A stretch of DNA of 42,082 nucleotides, from positions 1 to 42,082 of IMG/VR virus record IMGVR_UViG_3300046061_000043; one strand, given 5' to 3'. The notes beneath the pieces are model-generated. The model saw only the letters and a list, made by a program, of their open reading frames with translations. It did not search any database and was not told where the DNA came from. The stretch is from a virus (taxonomy: Duplodnaviria > Caudoviricetes). Numbering within the stretch: the first letter of the stretch is position 1; the number at the start of each line of letters is the position of its first letter. Made by a program: the position numbers and the translations under genes. Below, one piece after another: positions 9,277-18,848 of this stretch.

Positions 9277-9963
9277 TTACCCAAGAATGTTGTACCTTCG
9301 GGCGCCGGTGGAGGGCTTGGCCGGCTCGTCGTTGTGGGCTCGGAGCTGGCGGGCGGCCTGCTGGCGCCGCTCGGTGCCCAGCTGGCCCTCGCCCACCACT
9401 TCGGTGAGCCAGCGCCCCGTCGTTTCGGCCACCAAGTAGTTGTCCAGGTCGGCCGGCACGTGCTCCACGACCGTATCCAGAAGGGGCGCGTCCTGCACCG
9501 ACTGTGGGGGGGTGTCGCTCGCGGCGCCGTTCATCAGCACCTGCAGGTCGAGGTCGCATTCTTGGTCCGGCACCGGGAACAGGTACAGGCGCTGCTCCCA
9601 GGCGCCAATGTGGGTGGGGCGTCCGGTGTCGGCGCTCGGGGCGCGGCCCCACCGGGCGACCTCGGCGCCATGCGCCACCTCAATCGCCCAGGCATTGGTC
9701 CCGTCCTGCACCGCGCCCTCGGCAATTTCGTCGACGTAGGGCGGGCGCGCCACGTATTCTTGGCCACTGATGGTCGGCAGCACGATCGAGGTCGACAGGC
9801 GGTCGGTTTCGGTGCCGACGTCCGAGACGGCATCCTCCAGAAAATCGCGGAGCACGTCGTCGTCGCCGGCGGTCGGCGTCGTGAGCGACCGGCCGGCGCG
9901 GCGCTCCAGGGCGCCGAGGGCCGTCCGGACGCGGTCGTAGACCTCCGCAGCGCTCGTAAGCAC
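9277..9963 (-). CDS. Putative head-tail adaptor / tail tubular A-like protein
   Basis: GQEYV-RP...GRPTH...LYLFPVPD pattern typical of podovirus adaptors. Confidence 0.6.
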   Translation of the reverse strand: MLTSAAEVYDRVRTALGALERRAGRSLTTPTAGDDDVLRDFLEDAVSDVGTETDRLSTSIVLPTISGQEYVARPPYVDEIAEGAVQDGTNAWAIEVAHGAEVARWGRAPSADTGRPTHIGAWEQRLYLFPVPDQECDLDLQVLMNGAASDTPPQSVQDAPLLDTVVEHVPADLDNYLVAETTGRWLTEVVGEGQLGTERRQQAARQLRAHNDEPAKPSTGARRYNILG

Positions 9964-10004
9964 AGCTTAGCGGGGCGTTTTGTGTGAGGAAGGGGGACCG
10001 GGGC

Positions 10005-10595
10005 CTACTGATTGGGCCAGCCTGCGAACGTGTAGCCCTGCTCTTCGGCCCACTCGGCAATCGTGCCGACCGTGTCGTTGGTCGTGACCTCGACGGAGAG
10101 GCCAGAGATCGACTCCAGGGCGGCCAGCGCCTCGGCCTTGTTGGAGACGTTGTCGATGACCTCCAGCTCGCCTGGGTCGTCGCCTTCGGCGTCGGGGTCG
10201 CTTTCGGGCTCGGGGTCGCTTTCGGGCTCGCCGAACTTGTCGGGGACCGGCACGCCGGCCTCGTCGAGCAGCTGGGCCACCTCGTCGACCGACTCCGCCT
10301 GCTGGAGTCGCTCCTCCAAGCTGGGACCGCCGGCCTCCTCCTCCAGCGCCTCGTCGTCACCGCGCAGGTGGATGTGGTCGTCGCCGCCATTGCCCCGAAA
10401 GTCGGGGTGCCCCTCGATCATCTCCTGCTCGCCCGGGTCGCCGGTCGTGTAGCGGCCGTTTTGAAACTGGATCACCGTCTCGGCGGGCCGTTCGACCTCG
10501 ACGAGCTCGCCGGCCCGCTCCTGAAGCACCGAGCGCCGGCCGGGGTGGATCATCTTTTGGGTCTTGCTCGAAATATAGGTCTTTTGCTCCGCCAT
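10005..10595 (-). CDS. Acidic hypothetical protein after the capsid gene
   Basis: 196-aa ORF with an EPESDP duplication. Confidence 0.7.
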   Translation of the reverse strand: MAEQKTYISSKTQKMIHPGRRSVLQERAGELVEVERPAETVIQFQNGRYTTGDPGEQEMIEGHPDFRGNGGDDHIHLRGDDEALEEEAGGPSLEERLQQAESVDEVAQLLDEAGVPVPDKFGEPESDPEPESDPDAEGDDPGELEVIDNVSNKAEALAALESISGLSVEVTTNDTVGTIAEWAEEQGYTFAGWPNQ

Positions 10596-10621
10596 GGGTC
10601 GGGGGTGTCAATGAAACGAAC

Positions 10622-10657
10622 GGCCCCACCCTGGGCGCAGGCCCAGGGCGTGGGCCA
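10622..10657 (-). terminator. Intrinsic terminator downstream of the major capsid gene
   Basis: GGCCCACGCCCTGGG-loop-CCCAGGGTGGGGCC followed by GTTCGTTTC on the minus strand. Confidence 0.6.
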
Positions 10658-10679
10658 CCGAAAAGGAAAGGCGCGCCGC

Positions 10680-12044
10680 TTACTCGAACGAGTCGGTGTT
10701 GGCGTCGCGGACGACCGCGTGGGTCGACTCCTTCCGCACCTCGACGGTGCTTTCCTCGAGCCACTGGTCGGCCCGGCCGTCGACGTCGTCGGACTGCACG
10801 TCGCGGTTGATCGTCATGGGCCGCAGGGTGCGGCGGCGCACGTTGGCGGGGTCGATCACCAGGCCGTAATTGGTCTTGCCCAGCTCGGCAAAGTTCTGGT
10901 TGTTGATGAGCGCCAGCTCGCCGAACGACGTCTCAAGTCGAGTCGCCTCGACGCCAAGAATGTTCTCCTCGCGGGTCGACTGGAGCGTGCCGCTGGAAAT
11001 CAGGATCTTGTCGATCTCGGCCGTCTGGTTCGGCGTACAGAACCAGAGGCGCATCTGGGAGCCGTTGTTGCCGGAAAAAATCTGCTGCGCAAAGTCGATC
11101 AGCGTCGCCTCGTCGAGCGACCCGGCCGAATAGGTCAGGTCGTTGCTGCTGAGGTAGCGCGTGATGCCGTTCTGCATCGTAATCTGCTTCCCCGTCGACG
11201 GGTCGTTCACGATCATCCGCTCGCCGAACGCCAACGCGTTTTCGAGCTTGCGCCGCAGCTCAAAGAGGTTCTTGTTCCGATTCCGGTTCCAGTCCTCCTC
11301 GGTGTAGTTCTTGGTTGCAAGGCGCGTCTCGGACGCGCTCACGACCTGGTCAAAAATCTGCGTGTAGTTGTAGAGCTGGTCTGGCATGGTGCCCTGCGGA
11401 TCGCTCGCGGTGTCCTGCTCGCTCTTGGCCCGGTCGAGAACGATCACCGCCTCGCCATCGGCCACGTCGGGGACCGCGGTAAAGCTCGTCTCATCGGCCG
11501 ACGAGTCGACGCCGTACACCGTAATGTCTGCCCCGCTCACGGACTCGACCCACAGGAGCGCCCCCTGGTCGTTGGCGTTGTCGGGGAGGTACACCCGGTC
11601 GTTCGGCTGAATGACACCGGCGTCGTTGATGGTAAAGGTTTGCGGGGACGCGCCGCCGGTCTGGGCACCGTCGAAGGATGTCTGGTACTCGATCGTGTCG
11701 TCTTGCTCCCACTCGACCTTGACCGCGGTGGCCGGCTCGTCGGACATCCCGACGTTGGCCTGTTCCATCCGCCGCATGATCGTATCGAGCGAGTACCGAT
11801 CCGGCCGCAGGCGCGACAGGACCATTGAGACGTCCCGCACCTTGTGGTCGTCGGGCGTCGACTGCTCGGTAATGTCGGACACCTGGGTCGCGCCCAGAAG
11901 CGTCGGCACCAGCAGGGCCCCGAGGCCCGCGGCGCCGTAAACGGCGACGGTCAGAACGGCGAGGGCCAGCCCTGCCGCCCACGTCCAGGGCGACCGGAGG
12001 GCCGTTTGCATCGGAGACAGAGAGTTGCGATCATGTGTAGGCAT
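10680..12044 (-). CDS. Major capsid protein (SU10/DUF5309-like) with a hydrophobic N-terminal leader
   Basis: KVEWEQD, NYTQIF, LENALAFGE, TSFGEL and ESTVEV motifs; follows portal and scaffold. Start 12044 or 12011; the ORF-track start at 12110 lies inside a hairpin. Confidence 0.85.
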   Translation of the reverse strand: MPTHDRNSLSPMQTALRSPWTWAAGLALAVLTVAVYGAAGLGALLVPTLLGATQVSDITEQSTPDDHKVRDVSMVLSRLRPDRYSLDTIMRRMEQANVGMSDEPATAVKVEWEQDDTIEYQTSFDGAQTGGASPQTFTINDAGVIQPNDRVYLPDNANDQGALLWVESVSGADITVYGVDSSADETSFTAVPDVADGEAVIVLDRAKSEQDTASDPQGTMPDQLYNYTQIFDQVVSASETRLATKNYTEEDWNRNRNKNLFELRRKLENALAFGERMIVNDPSTGKQITMQNGITRYLSSNDLTYSAGSLDEATLIDFAQQIFSGNNGSQMRLWFCTPNQTAEIDKILISSGTLQSTREENILGVEATRLETSFGELALINNQNFAELGKTNYGLVIDPANVRRRTLRPMTINRDVQSDDVDGRADQWLEESTVEVRKESTHAVVRDANTDSFE

Positions 12045-12076
12045 AAGCTTCAGCGGTTGGTGCTGGAGTGCAGTGT

Positions 12077-12136
12077 CGCCCCTTCGCCGCCGCGGGGAGT
12101 GATCCCGCACTCCCCGCGGGTCGTGGCGGAGGGGCG
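12077..12136. promoter_or_regulatory. Long GC-rich hairpin in the capsid 5' leader
   Basis: CGCCCCTTCGCCGC-CGCGGGGAGTG / CACTCCCCGCG-GGTC-GTGGCGGAGGGGCG inverted repeat. Confidence 0.6.
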
Positions 12137-12185
12137 TTTGTGGGACTACTTGGGTGTGGTGCTATTTTAGCAGGTTGCGTGTCAG

Positions 12186-13511
12186 TCAAAGCGAAAAGTC
12201 GTCGACGTCGAGCTGGGCGTCGTCGAACGACTGGCCAAGGTCTTGGAGCAGCTCCTCCCGCTCGGTGGTCTCCGTCGCCGGCTCGGAGGAACCGCTCGGC
12301 TTGGGCAGGCCGTCGCCGAGGCGCCGCTCGCTTTCTTCCTCATGGGCCGCCTGGCGGCCCTCTTTCTTGCCCTGCTCGAACGCCTTTTGGCGCACCGTCG
12401 ACAGAATTTGGTCGGCGTGTGTGGCGATATACATGCGCTTTCCGAAGTCGGGCGGCAGGTTGCCGTTTCGGTCGCCGGCCAGGTATAGCGTTGTCTCCTG
12501 CACGAAGCGGTCGAACGCGCTGTCGTCGAGATCGAGCTGTTGCTTGGCGCCCTTGAGCGACTGGAGCATCTGATCCTGAATGTTGGACTCGACCTCACTG
12601 AGCGTCTCCTCCTGCTTTTGCTCCTGCTGGCGCCGCTCCTTGGCCTTCTTGCGCTGGTGCTTCCATTCGGCGTAGGCGTCGGGGTCGTCGGTCGGGTCCG
12701 GCGATTCGATGTAGGGCTGAAACGCGGTAAGGACCGCCTCACGTGGGTCGGCGCCCTCGTTGAGAATGAGGTCGACGAAGTCCTCCATCTCTGGGACCTT
12801 CTGCTCGGTGACCTGGTCGAGCATCCGCATCGCGTCGGACAGCTCGCGCTCCTCCTCGATCGCCTCGGTGAGGTCCTCTGTCGTCTCGACCACGCGGTCG
12901 GGAAACCGCATCTGAACTTCGTCTTTGAGGCTGGTCGGCAGCGATTCGGCCTCCGGCGTTTCCTCGCCGGGTGTGTCCTCGTCAGTCGGCTTGCCGCCGG
13001 TGTCGTCCGTCTCCCCCGTCGCCTCTTCTTCGGCACCGGGGCCCTCGCCGGTCTCGTCTTCGGTCCCGCCGTCGCTCGAAGGGTTTCCTTCGGTGTCCTC
13101 GCCCGAGCCGGAGGCCGGCTCCTCGTCGGCTGAGGGGGCGTTCGCGCCAGTCAGGTCGGAAAACTCCTCGGCCAGCTGCTCCTCGGCGCTCATCGGCTCG
13201 TCCTTTTCGCTGCCGCCGGGGTCGGTCGTCTCGCCGCCGGGGCCGGCCGGGTCGGAGTCCGTGGTGTCGGGGCCTGTGGCGCCCGTATCCGGCTTGGCCG
13301 TGGCGTCAGGCGCTGTGTCCTCGTCCGGACCGCCACTACCCGGACCACCGCTGCGGCCCAGGTTGGCGCCGACGCGGTCCATCGCGTCGTTGAGGGCCTC
13401 CTGGCCGCCGAGGGCGGAGCCTAGGTCCCAGTCCTGCGAGCCGGCGTCCGGGCCGGTGGGCGTCTCGGTGGAGTCGGTCGTGTCGGTGTCGGTCGTGTCG
13501 GTGTCGGCCAT
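12186..13511 (-). CDS. Putative scaffolding protein
   Basis: Very acidic, disordered N-terminal half and coiled-coil C-terminal half; lies between portal and capsid. Confidence 0.7.
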   Translation of the reverse strand: MADTDTTDTDTTDSTETPTGPDAGSQDWDLGSALGGQEALNDAMDRVGANLGRSGGPGSGGPDEDTAPDATAKPDTGATGPDTTDSDPAGPGGETTDPGGSEKDEPMSAEEQLAEEFSDLTGANAPSADEEPASGSGEDTEGNPSSDGGTEDETGEGPGAEEEATGETDDTGGKPTDEDTPGEETPEAESLPTSLKDEVQMRFPDRVVETTEDLTEAIEEERELSDAMRMLDQVTEQKVPEMEDFVDLILNEGADPREAVLTAFQPYIESPDPTDDPDAYAEWKHQRKKAKERRQQEQKQEETLSEVESNIQDQMLQSLKGAKQQLDLDDSAFDRFVQETTLYLAGDRNGNLPPDFGKRMYIATHADQILSTVRQKAFEQGKKEGRQAAHEEESERRLGDGLPKPSGSSEPATETTEREELLQDLGQSFDDAQLDVDDFSL

Positions 13512-13517
13512 AAAGGG

Positions 13518-15464
13518 CTATTGCGGTAGTGAGAGCGATGGTGACGCGGCGCCGGCCCCGCCGGAGTCCTTCGGCGGGGCGCCGCCGCTGATCGCTGCGG
13601 AGGCGGCCTGCATCTCGGTGGTGCCCAGCGACAGCATCTCCGGGTCGCGCTGCTGGAGCACGCGGAGGAGCGTCTCGGCCTTCGGGTGGGCGCTGAGCTG
13701 AAGGTAGGTGCCAAAGTCGATAAAGCCGGCGCTGAGGAACTGCTGGAGGTCCTCTTCGAAGACCTGGCGGAACGTGGCCGTGTCGCGCACGCTGCCGACC
13801 GACACGTCGAACTTGAGCTGGCGCGCGTCCTCGGGCCGGTACGTGACGGCGCCCTGGGCGGGCCCCTCCGTCATCTCAAGGGGGCGGTCGATCGCCTGCT
13901 GAATGCACTGGACCGTCTTGTAGTCCAGCTCGCGGGTGCCCTCGAAAAAGGATTCGAAGTAGTCAAGGTTGGTCAGGCCCGACTGAATAATTTGCTGTTG
14001 AAACAGGGCGGCCGGCGTGCCGCTTGGGGGTTCCTCGCCGCGCTGCGCGCCCGTCACGCCGGACGTCTCTTCGATCCACGCCTTGAGCTGCTGCAGCAGC
14101 TCGAAGCTGCCGGGCTCGATCGAGTTGGTCCGCACCTCCTGGGGAATCTCGCTGTTCGGTTTCGTTTTGATCTTGAGCACGCCGCCCTGCCGGCTCCACT
14201 CCTCTGCAAAGTCGTCGATGCTCAGCTCGTCGGGAATAGAGTCCTCCGGCACCAGCAGCACCCCCTTCGCGCCGACGCCCAGACCGTGGTCAATCATCGT
14301 CACCAGGCGGTTGAGCCAGCGCTGCGGGTCAATGATGTTTTCGATCAGGCCCCAGGTGCGCCCATCGACAAGGGTGGCGAGGCAGAGGACGTAGGGGTGC
14401 TCGCCGTGCCAGTAGGGCGTCTCTTGCTCCCACAAAATGTGCCCCTCGGGCGTGAGGTGGCGCGTGACCCACGTGTCTTCGATGCGCGTCTCGGTCTGGA
14501 GGGGCGCCTGGCCCTGCGAGCGGCGCCGGTCGTTGAGGCGCTGGAGCGACTCGGGGCTGGCCCGGTCGGGCAACTGTTGGCGCCGGCCGGTGGCCGGGTC
14601 CACCGCGTAGCGGGTCAGCTTGCGCCGCTTCGTCCAAATCTCGATCACCCGCGCCATCGACGGGTCGTGGGTCGAGTAGAAGTCGACCGGGTCGGTGCCA
14701 TTGGCGGTGCCGCCCGCAAAGCCCGGCACAAAGTCGTCGTCGAGGTGGCCGTACAGGTCCTGGATGCGCTCGGCCTTCGTGCGGGACAAGGTGCCGTCCT
14801 CACTCACCGCGTAGGTGGCCACCAGCTCCTCGAACGTGAGGTCGTGCAGCTCGCCAATGAGGCGGAGGTTGCGCGCGCGCCGGTCCTCCAGGTCGCGGTT
14901 GTAAAAAATCCGCGTCTGGTCGATCGGGTCGATCATCACCTCCTGCCGCTCTAAGTCGCCGTCCCAGTCGATCGTCACCTTAAAGCCGGAGGCGCCCGAC
15001 ATGACGTGCTCCTCAAACTGGTCGGCCTCGACGGCCGTGGCCCGGTTGTAGCGGCGCGTCCCGCGGCGCTTGATGTTGACCATCTCGGTCGCGTCCTGGT
15101 CTTCGCGGTCCACTGCGAAGACGGCTCGCTCGGACGTGTTTTGCCGATACTGCCCTTTCAGGTTGCGGGCCACGCTGCCGATCTGATTGATGACCCACGG
15201 GATGCGCCCCTGGTCCTTGATGTGCTCCTTTTCGGTCTTGCGCTCTCCGTCGACCGTAACGCTCTGTTGCCACTGCTTGCCAAACCGATAGTCGCGGCTG
15301 CGGGCGCGGCGCTTCCGAAAGTCCTCCCGGTCTAAGAACCACTGCTCGCCGCGGCGGAGCAGGTCCTCCACCTTCTCGGCCTCCGGGGGCGTCAGGCGCA
15401 GGCCGTCGCCTGTGGTGCCTGCTAGGCGGGTCGGCGATAAGTTGAGCTGCTGCTCGCGGGGCAT
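13518..15464 (-). CDS. Portal protein (P22/SU10-like)
   Basis: Y-FGKQW, INQIGSV, HPYV, GLIENIIDPQRWLNR, SGVTGAQRG...SG motifs. Confidence 0.9.
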   Translation of the reverse strand: MPREQQLNLSPTRLAGTTGDGLRLTPPEAEKVEDLLRRGEQWFLDREDFRKRRARSRDYRFGKQWQQSVTVDGERKTEKEHIKDQGRIPWVINQIGSVARNLKGQYRQNTSERAVFAVDREDQDATEMVNIKRRGTRRYNRATAVEADQFEEHVMSGASGFKVTIDWDGDLERQEVMIDPIDQTRIFYNRDLEDRRARNLRLIGELHDLTFEELVATYAVSEDGTLSRTKAERIQDLYGHLDDDFVPGFAGGTANGTDPVDFYSTHDPSMARVIEIWTKRRKLTRYAVDPATGRRQQLPDRASPESLQRLNDRRRSQGQAPLQTETRIEDTWVTRHLTPEGHILWEQETPYWHGEHPYVLCLATLVDGRTWGLIENIIDPQRWLNRLVTMIDHGLGVGAKGVLLVPEDSIPDELSIDDFAEEWSRQGGVLKIKTKPNSEIPQEVRTNSIEPGSFELLQQLKAWIEETSGVTGAQRGEEPPSGTPAALFQQQIIQSGLTNLDYFESFFEGTRELDYKTVQCIQQAIDRPLEMTEGPAQGAVTYRPEDARQLKFDVSVGSVRDTATFRQVFEEDLQQFLSAGFIDFGTYLQLSAHPKAETLLRVLQQRDPEMLSLGTTEMQAASAAISGGAPPKDSGGAGAASPSLSLPQ

Positions 15465-15470
15465 ACAAAC

Positions 15471-15547
15471 AAAAAAGCGGCTGTCCCATCGGCCAGGGCT
15501 CGGAAATCGGCAACGATTCCGGCTCGGGGGCCAATGGGACAGCCGCT
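15471..15547 (-). promoter_or_regulatory. About 70-nt hairpin plus U-tract immediately before the portal start
   Basis: AGCGGCTGTCCCA...TGGGACAGCCGCT perfect 13-bp base, apical AATCG-GCAA-CGATT, followed by TTTTTGTTTGT-ATG on the minus strand. Confidence 0.6.
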
Positions 15548-15682
15548 CGCTGGGACGACTGTTGGGGTCGAATGTAGGTCGTCAGCGGCGCGGCGCCGGC
15601 GCGCTGATGTTCATGGTACGAGTGGCGGCGTCAAAATTGCAAGACGGACCGACGGCGACAGTCGCCTCCCCGGGCGGGCCCG

Positions 15683-15892
15683 TCACAAAAAGTCCGACGC
15701 ACGGACGAGGTGACGGGCTTGGGCGACGAGCTCGCCCTGGTGGTCCCGTTTCAGCAAGACGCGCTGCTGCTGGCGGTCGATCCGATCGAGCACGTCGCAC
15801 AGAAGGCGTCGTTCCTGCTCGTCGAGCTGCTCCCACTTGGGGTGGGTCCGGCGCCTCGTGGGCGGCGTGCGATCAGGCGAGTTACTGCTCAT
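15683..15892 (-). CDS. Small hypothetical protein
   Basis: 69 aa; overlaps the upstream stop codon. Confidence 0.5.
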   Translation of the reverse strand: MSSNSPDRTPPTRRRTHPKWEQLDEQERRLLCDVLDRIDRQQQRVLLKRDHQGELVAQARHLVRASDFL

Positions 15893-16301
15893 CGAAGGCG
15901 TCGCTGGGGTAGGGGTAAAAAATGTGCGGGTGGTCGGTCTCGCTCATGCCGTACTCCAGGATGGGTGGCACCTCGTCAAAGGCACCTTCCAAAAGCGTCT
16001 CCGTGTGGCGGGCGAGGGCCCACAGGGCTTCGGTCCGCTCGGGCGGGCGCCGGCTCTCGTCCGGGTACGTGGCGTAGGCGTGAACGAGCAGGCCGGCCTC
16101 GTCGTGGACGTGCTGGCTGAGGATCACGCGCATGCCGTCGGCAAAGTCGAACACGTGGGGCCCCACGTGCTCGGCTGTGCGCTCCTCCGGCGGGACGTAG
16201 CGATCGGACGCGGGGTCGAAGGTGCCGGTAAACGCATCCTCGACGCGGGCCTGCATGGCCGACTCGGGCTGAGGCTTGAACGGAACGGTTTCGGTCGGCA
16301 T
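15882..16301 (-). CDS. Hypothetical protein
   Basis: Acidic 139-aa ORF starting 8 nt after the TerL stop. Confidence 0.7.
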   Translation of the reverse strand: MPTETVPFKPQPESAMQARVEDAFTGTFDPASDRYVPPEERTAEHVGPHVFDFADGMRVILSQHVHDEAGLLVHAYATYPDESRRPPERTEALWALARHTETLLEGAFDEVPPILEYGMSETDHPHIFYPYPSDAFDEQ

Positions 16302-16308
16302 GGCACGA

Positions 16309-18381
16309 TCAAAACTGTGAGGGGGTTGGCGAGGGGCGGTCGACGCGGATCGGCCGTTGGACGGCCGGCGCCTCCATGTGTTTGAGCGCGCCCCAGGCGG
16401 TGCCGGCGGCCGAGATCACGACATCGTCGTAGCCGCCCTCGACGGCGCCGAGGCGGCCGTCGGGCTTGCGCTCAAACATCTCCATCTCGTCGACCAGGCG
16501 CGCATCCGGGTCGATGTAGGTTTGGCCGCTCGGCTCCTCGGACAGGCCGGCGTCGAGGGTGTTCAAGATGAGCGGCTTAGTCGACTGGTTCAGGTGGAAC
16601 CCGACGGTGAGGCGCTCCTTCTCGTCGACGCGGTCCTCCACGCGCCGGAGGTACAGGTTGTCGTAGACGCCCATCACCTCTTCCAGCACGGCCAGCGACC
16701 ACTCTGGTTCAAAGCCGCGCACCTCGTCCCCGCGGTCCTTGCGGTGGCGGTTGATCTCGTAGATGAGGAGGGCCTCGTCGTAGAACTGCGCCAGCCGGGC
16801 GCTGGCCCAAGCAAAGCGGTCCGGCCGCATGTGGGTCCGCAGGCGGGCGACCGTCTCGACGGGGCCGCCCTTGAGCATCTTGATCCGGTCGCCAACCGTG
16901 ATGACCGAATAGTCGGCCTCCTCGGTCTTGCCGCCGAAGTCGACGTAGGCGCAGTAGCGGCGCGCCACGTAGCCCTCGGCCGGCGTGATGCAGGTGCCGT
17001 TCCACCACACCTTGTCGGTCGGGCGGCGCCACACTTTGAGGTCGCCGTCGCCCGGCCGGAAGCGGACGCCCTGAAGCGCCTTTTCGCCGGTCTCGCCCTC
17101 GGCGTCGAGCGTGCCGGTGGCGATCGGGGGCTGGGCCTCCTCGCGCATCCGGGCGGTGAGCTGGGGGTGGAAGAAGCGCTGGCCGGTCGATTGGAACGCT
17201 TCGCTCGGCTTTGAGGGGTACTCGTTCTGCATCGCGGCCGTGTCGCCCTTCATGTCGGCCAATTTGCCCAAGTACCACCGGATGCCGCCGAGCGTCGCGC
17301 CGAGGCGCCACAGACGGCGGGCCGTCTCGACGTGCTCGGGGACCCCGTCTTCGGGGCGGCGGGGCCGCAGGAGGGCCTGAGCGGCCGCCGTGGCGTCCTC
17401 AACCGGCGTGCGGTACTTGGGGATGTCGTGCCACGCGATAAAGACTTGCTCGTAGGACGACCGGCCGGCGCCAGCGTCCTGCCAGTGGTTGTGAAAATAC
17501 GTGCCGACACCGCGGGCCGTCGACTCCTCGACAATCGCGGTGCCGGGCTCCGTGGCCACGGCGCCCGTGATGGCCTGGGCGTAGTCCTTGGCGTTCACCT
17601 TCGGCGTGGACGGCCACAGGCCCACCTCCGACAGGTGGGCCAGGTGGATCGTGTAGGAGCGGGGCGAGTCGGGGTTCTCGATCGACGTCACGCCGACGAT
17701 CGAATTGGTCTCGCGGATCTGCTTCACGTTGGAGGAGCCCTCATAGCGGCCGAGCGTAATGTCGCCAAACGCCTCCGGGTGGTTTTCTGCCAGCAGATCG
17801 TACATGCCCCGAATCCGGCGCGACTGGTCGAGGGTCAGGTTGCAGATAAACGAGTGCCAGTTTGAGCGGTGGTACAGCTGGATCCAGGCAAAGAAACACT
17901 GCGTCAGCGTCGACCCGCCCCACTGGCGCGCCTTGAGCAAAATGATGCGCACCGGCGCCCCGGCCGCCCACTGCTCGTGCAGCGCCTTAAAATAGATGCG
18001 CTGCGCCCGATTCAGCACCATCGGCGCCACCGGGCCGCCCTCCCGGTCCTCGGTGCCCTGCTCAATGTAGGCGGCCTGCGAGGCCCAAAACTCAAAGTCA
18101 TGCCGGGCGCGCTTGGTGTTAAACTCCTCGACGGCCTCGGCCTCGCTGTTTCCGAAGTGGGTGGCCGCCTCGACGTAGGATCCGTAGTGGCGGGCCGCCG
18201 CCCAGACCTCCGGGTACGCCTCTTTCATCCCGGCTGGCACGAGAGGCACCTCGCCGGGCCGCACGCGGATTGGCACCCGTTCGATGGGGGAGCCGACGCC
18301 GGTCACCGGGTCGTAGTCCTGCTCCAGCACATCGGCGCGCTCGGCGTTGGCTTCGGCGATGTCCTCGACCGAGGTGTCCAT
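16309..18381 (-). CDS. Terminase large subunit
   Basis: Walker A IILLKARQWGGST, Walker B AHLSEV, coupling motif ESTA, nuclease YVDFGG and YDDVV; TGATG overlap supports the start at 18381. Confidence 0.95.
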   Translation of the reverse strand: MDTSVEDIAEANAERADVLEQDYDPVTGVGSPIERVPIRVRPGEVPLVPAGMKEAYPEVWAAARHYGSYVEAATHFGNSEAEAVEEFNTKRARHDFEFWASQAAYIEQGTEDREGGPVAPMVLNRAQRIYFKALHEQWAAGAPVRIILLKARQWGGSTLTQCFFAWIQLYHRSNWHSFICNLTLDQSRRIRGMYDLLAENHPEAFGDITLGRYEGSSNVKQIRETNSIVGVTSIENPDSPRSYTIHLAHLSEVGLWPSTPKVNAKDYAQAITGAVATEPGTAIVEESTARGVGTYFHNHWQDAGAGRSSYEQVFIAWHDIPKYRTPVEDATAAAQALLRPRRPEDGVPEHVETARRLWRLGATLGGIRWYLGKLADMKGDTAAMQNEYPSKPSEAFQSTGQRFFHPQLTARMREEAQPPIATGTLDAEGETGEKALQGVRFRPGDGDLKVWRRPTDKVWWNGTCITPAEGYVARRYCAYVDFGGKTEEADYSVITVGDRIKMLKGGPVETVARLRTHMRPDRFAWASARLAQFYDEALLIYEINRHRKDRGDEVRGFEPEWSLAVLEEVMGVYDNLYLRRVEDRVDEKERLTVGFHLNQSTKPLILNTLDAGLSEEPSGQTYIDPDARLVDEMEMFERKPDGRLGAVEGGYDDVVISAAGTAWGALKHMEAPAVQRPIRVDRPSPTPSQF

Positions 18382-18848
18382 CACTTGCTGTGGTCGTGGA
18401 TAACCCATCCGGCAAGGGCACCCTCCGGCTCCGGCATCATGTGGTCGCCGGCTGGCGGGTCGAGCACGACCCAACCGCGATTGTGCACGCCGCTCGGGGC
18501 GTTGGCCCCGTCCTGCTCGACCAGAATGAGACGGCCGCTCTCCAAAAGCGACCGGACGTCATCGGGAAGGGCCGCGGCGTAGTTGTCGATGCCCTCGGGC
18601 GCCCGCCGCGGGATGTCTTCGAGCGGAGTGTCAATCACGCCCTGGGCATAGAGCTTGCCAAACGCACGGCGGATGGCAGATTCCTTCGCGGTCGCGACCC
18701 GCTCGTAGACGCGAAGGTCCTGTCGGCGCGCCTCGGACGCCTCGGGCGAAAGGGGGTCGGGCGCCTCGCGGTTGCGGGTGACGTCACGGCAACTCGGTGG
18801 GTTCGGATTCGGGGTCGAGCTCATGGCGGTGTAGGCGTCTTCGGGCAT
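18381..18848 (-). CDS. Hypothetical protein between TerS and TerL
   Basis: TGATG stop/start overlaps at both ends. Confidence 0.7.
   Translation of the reverse strand: MPEDAYTAMSSTPNPNPPSCRDVTRNREAPDPLSPEASEARRQDLRVYERVATAKESAIRRAFGKLYAQGVIDTPLEDIPRRAPEGIDNYAAALPDDVRSLLESGRLILVEQDGANAPSGVHNRGWVVLDPPAGDHMMPEPEGALAGWVIHDHSK

Noticed and set aside
10194-13505. Short coding tandem duplications (EPESDP x2 near 10194-10229; DTTDT repeats near 13475-13505)
   Set aside because: Ordinary slippage in disordered acidic linkers
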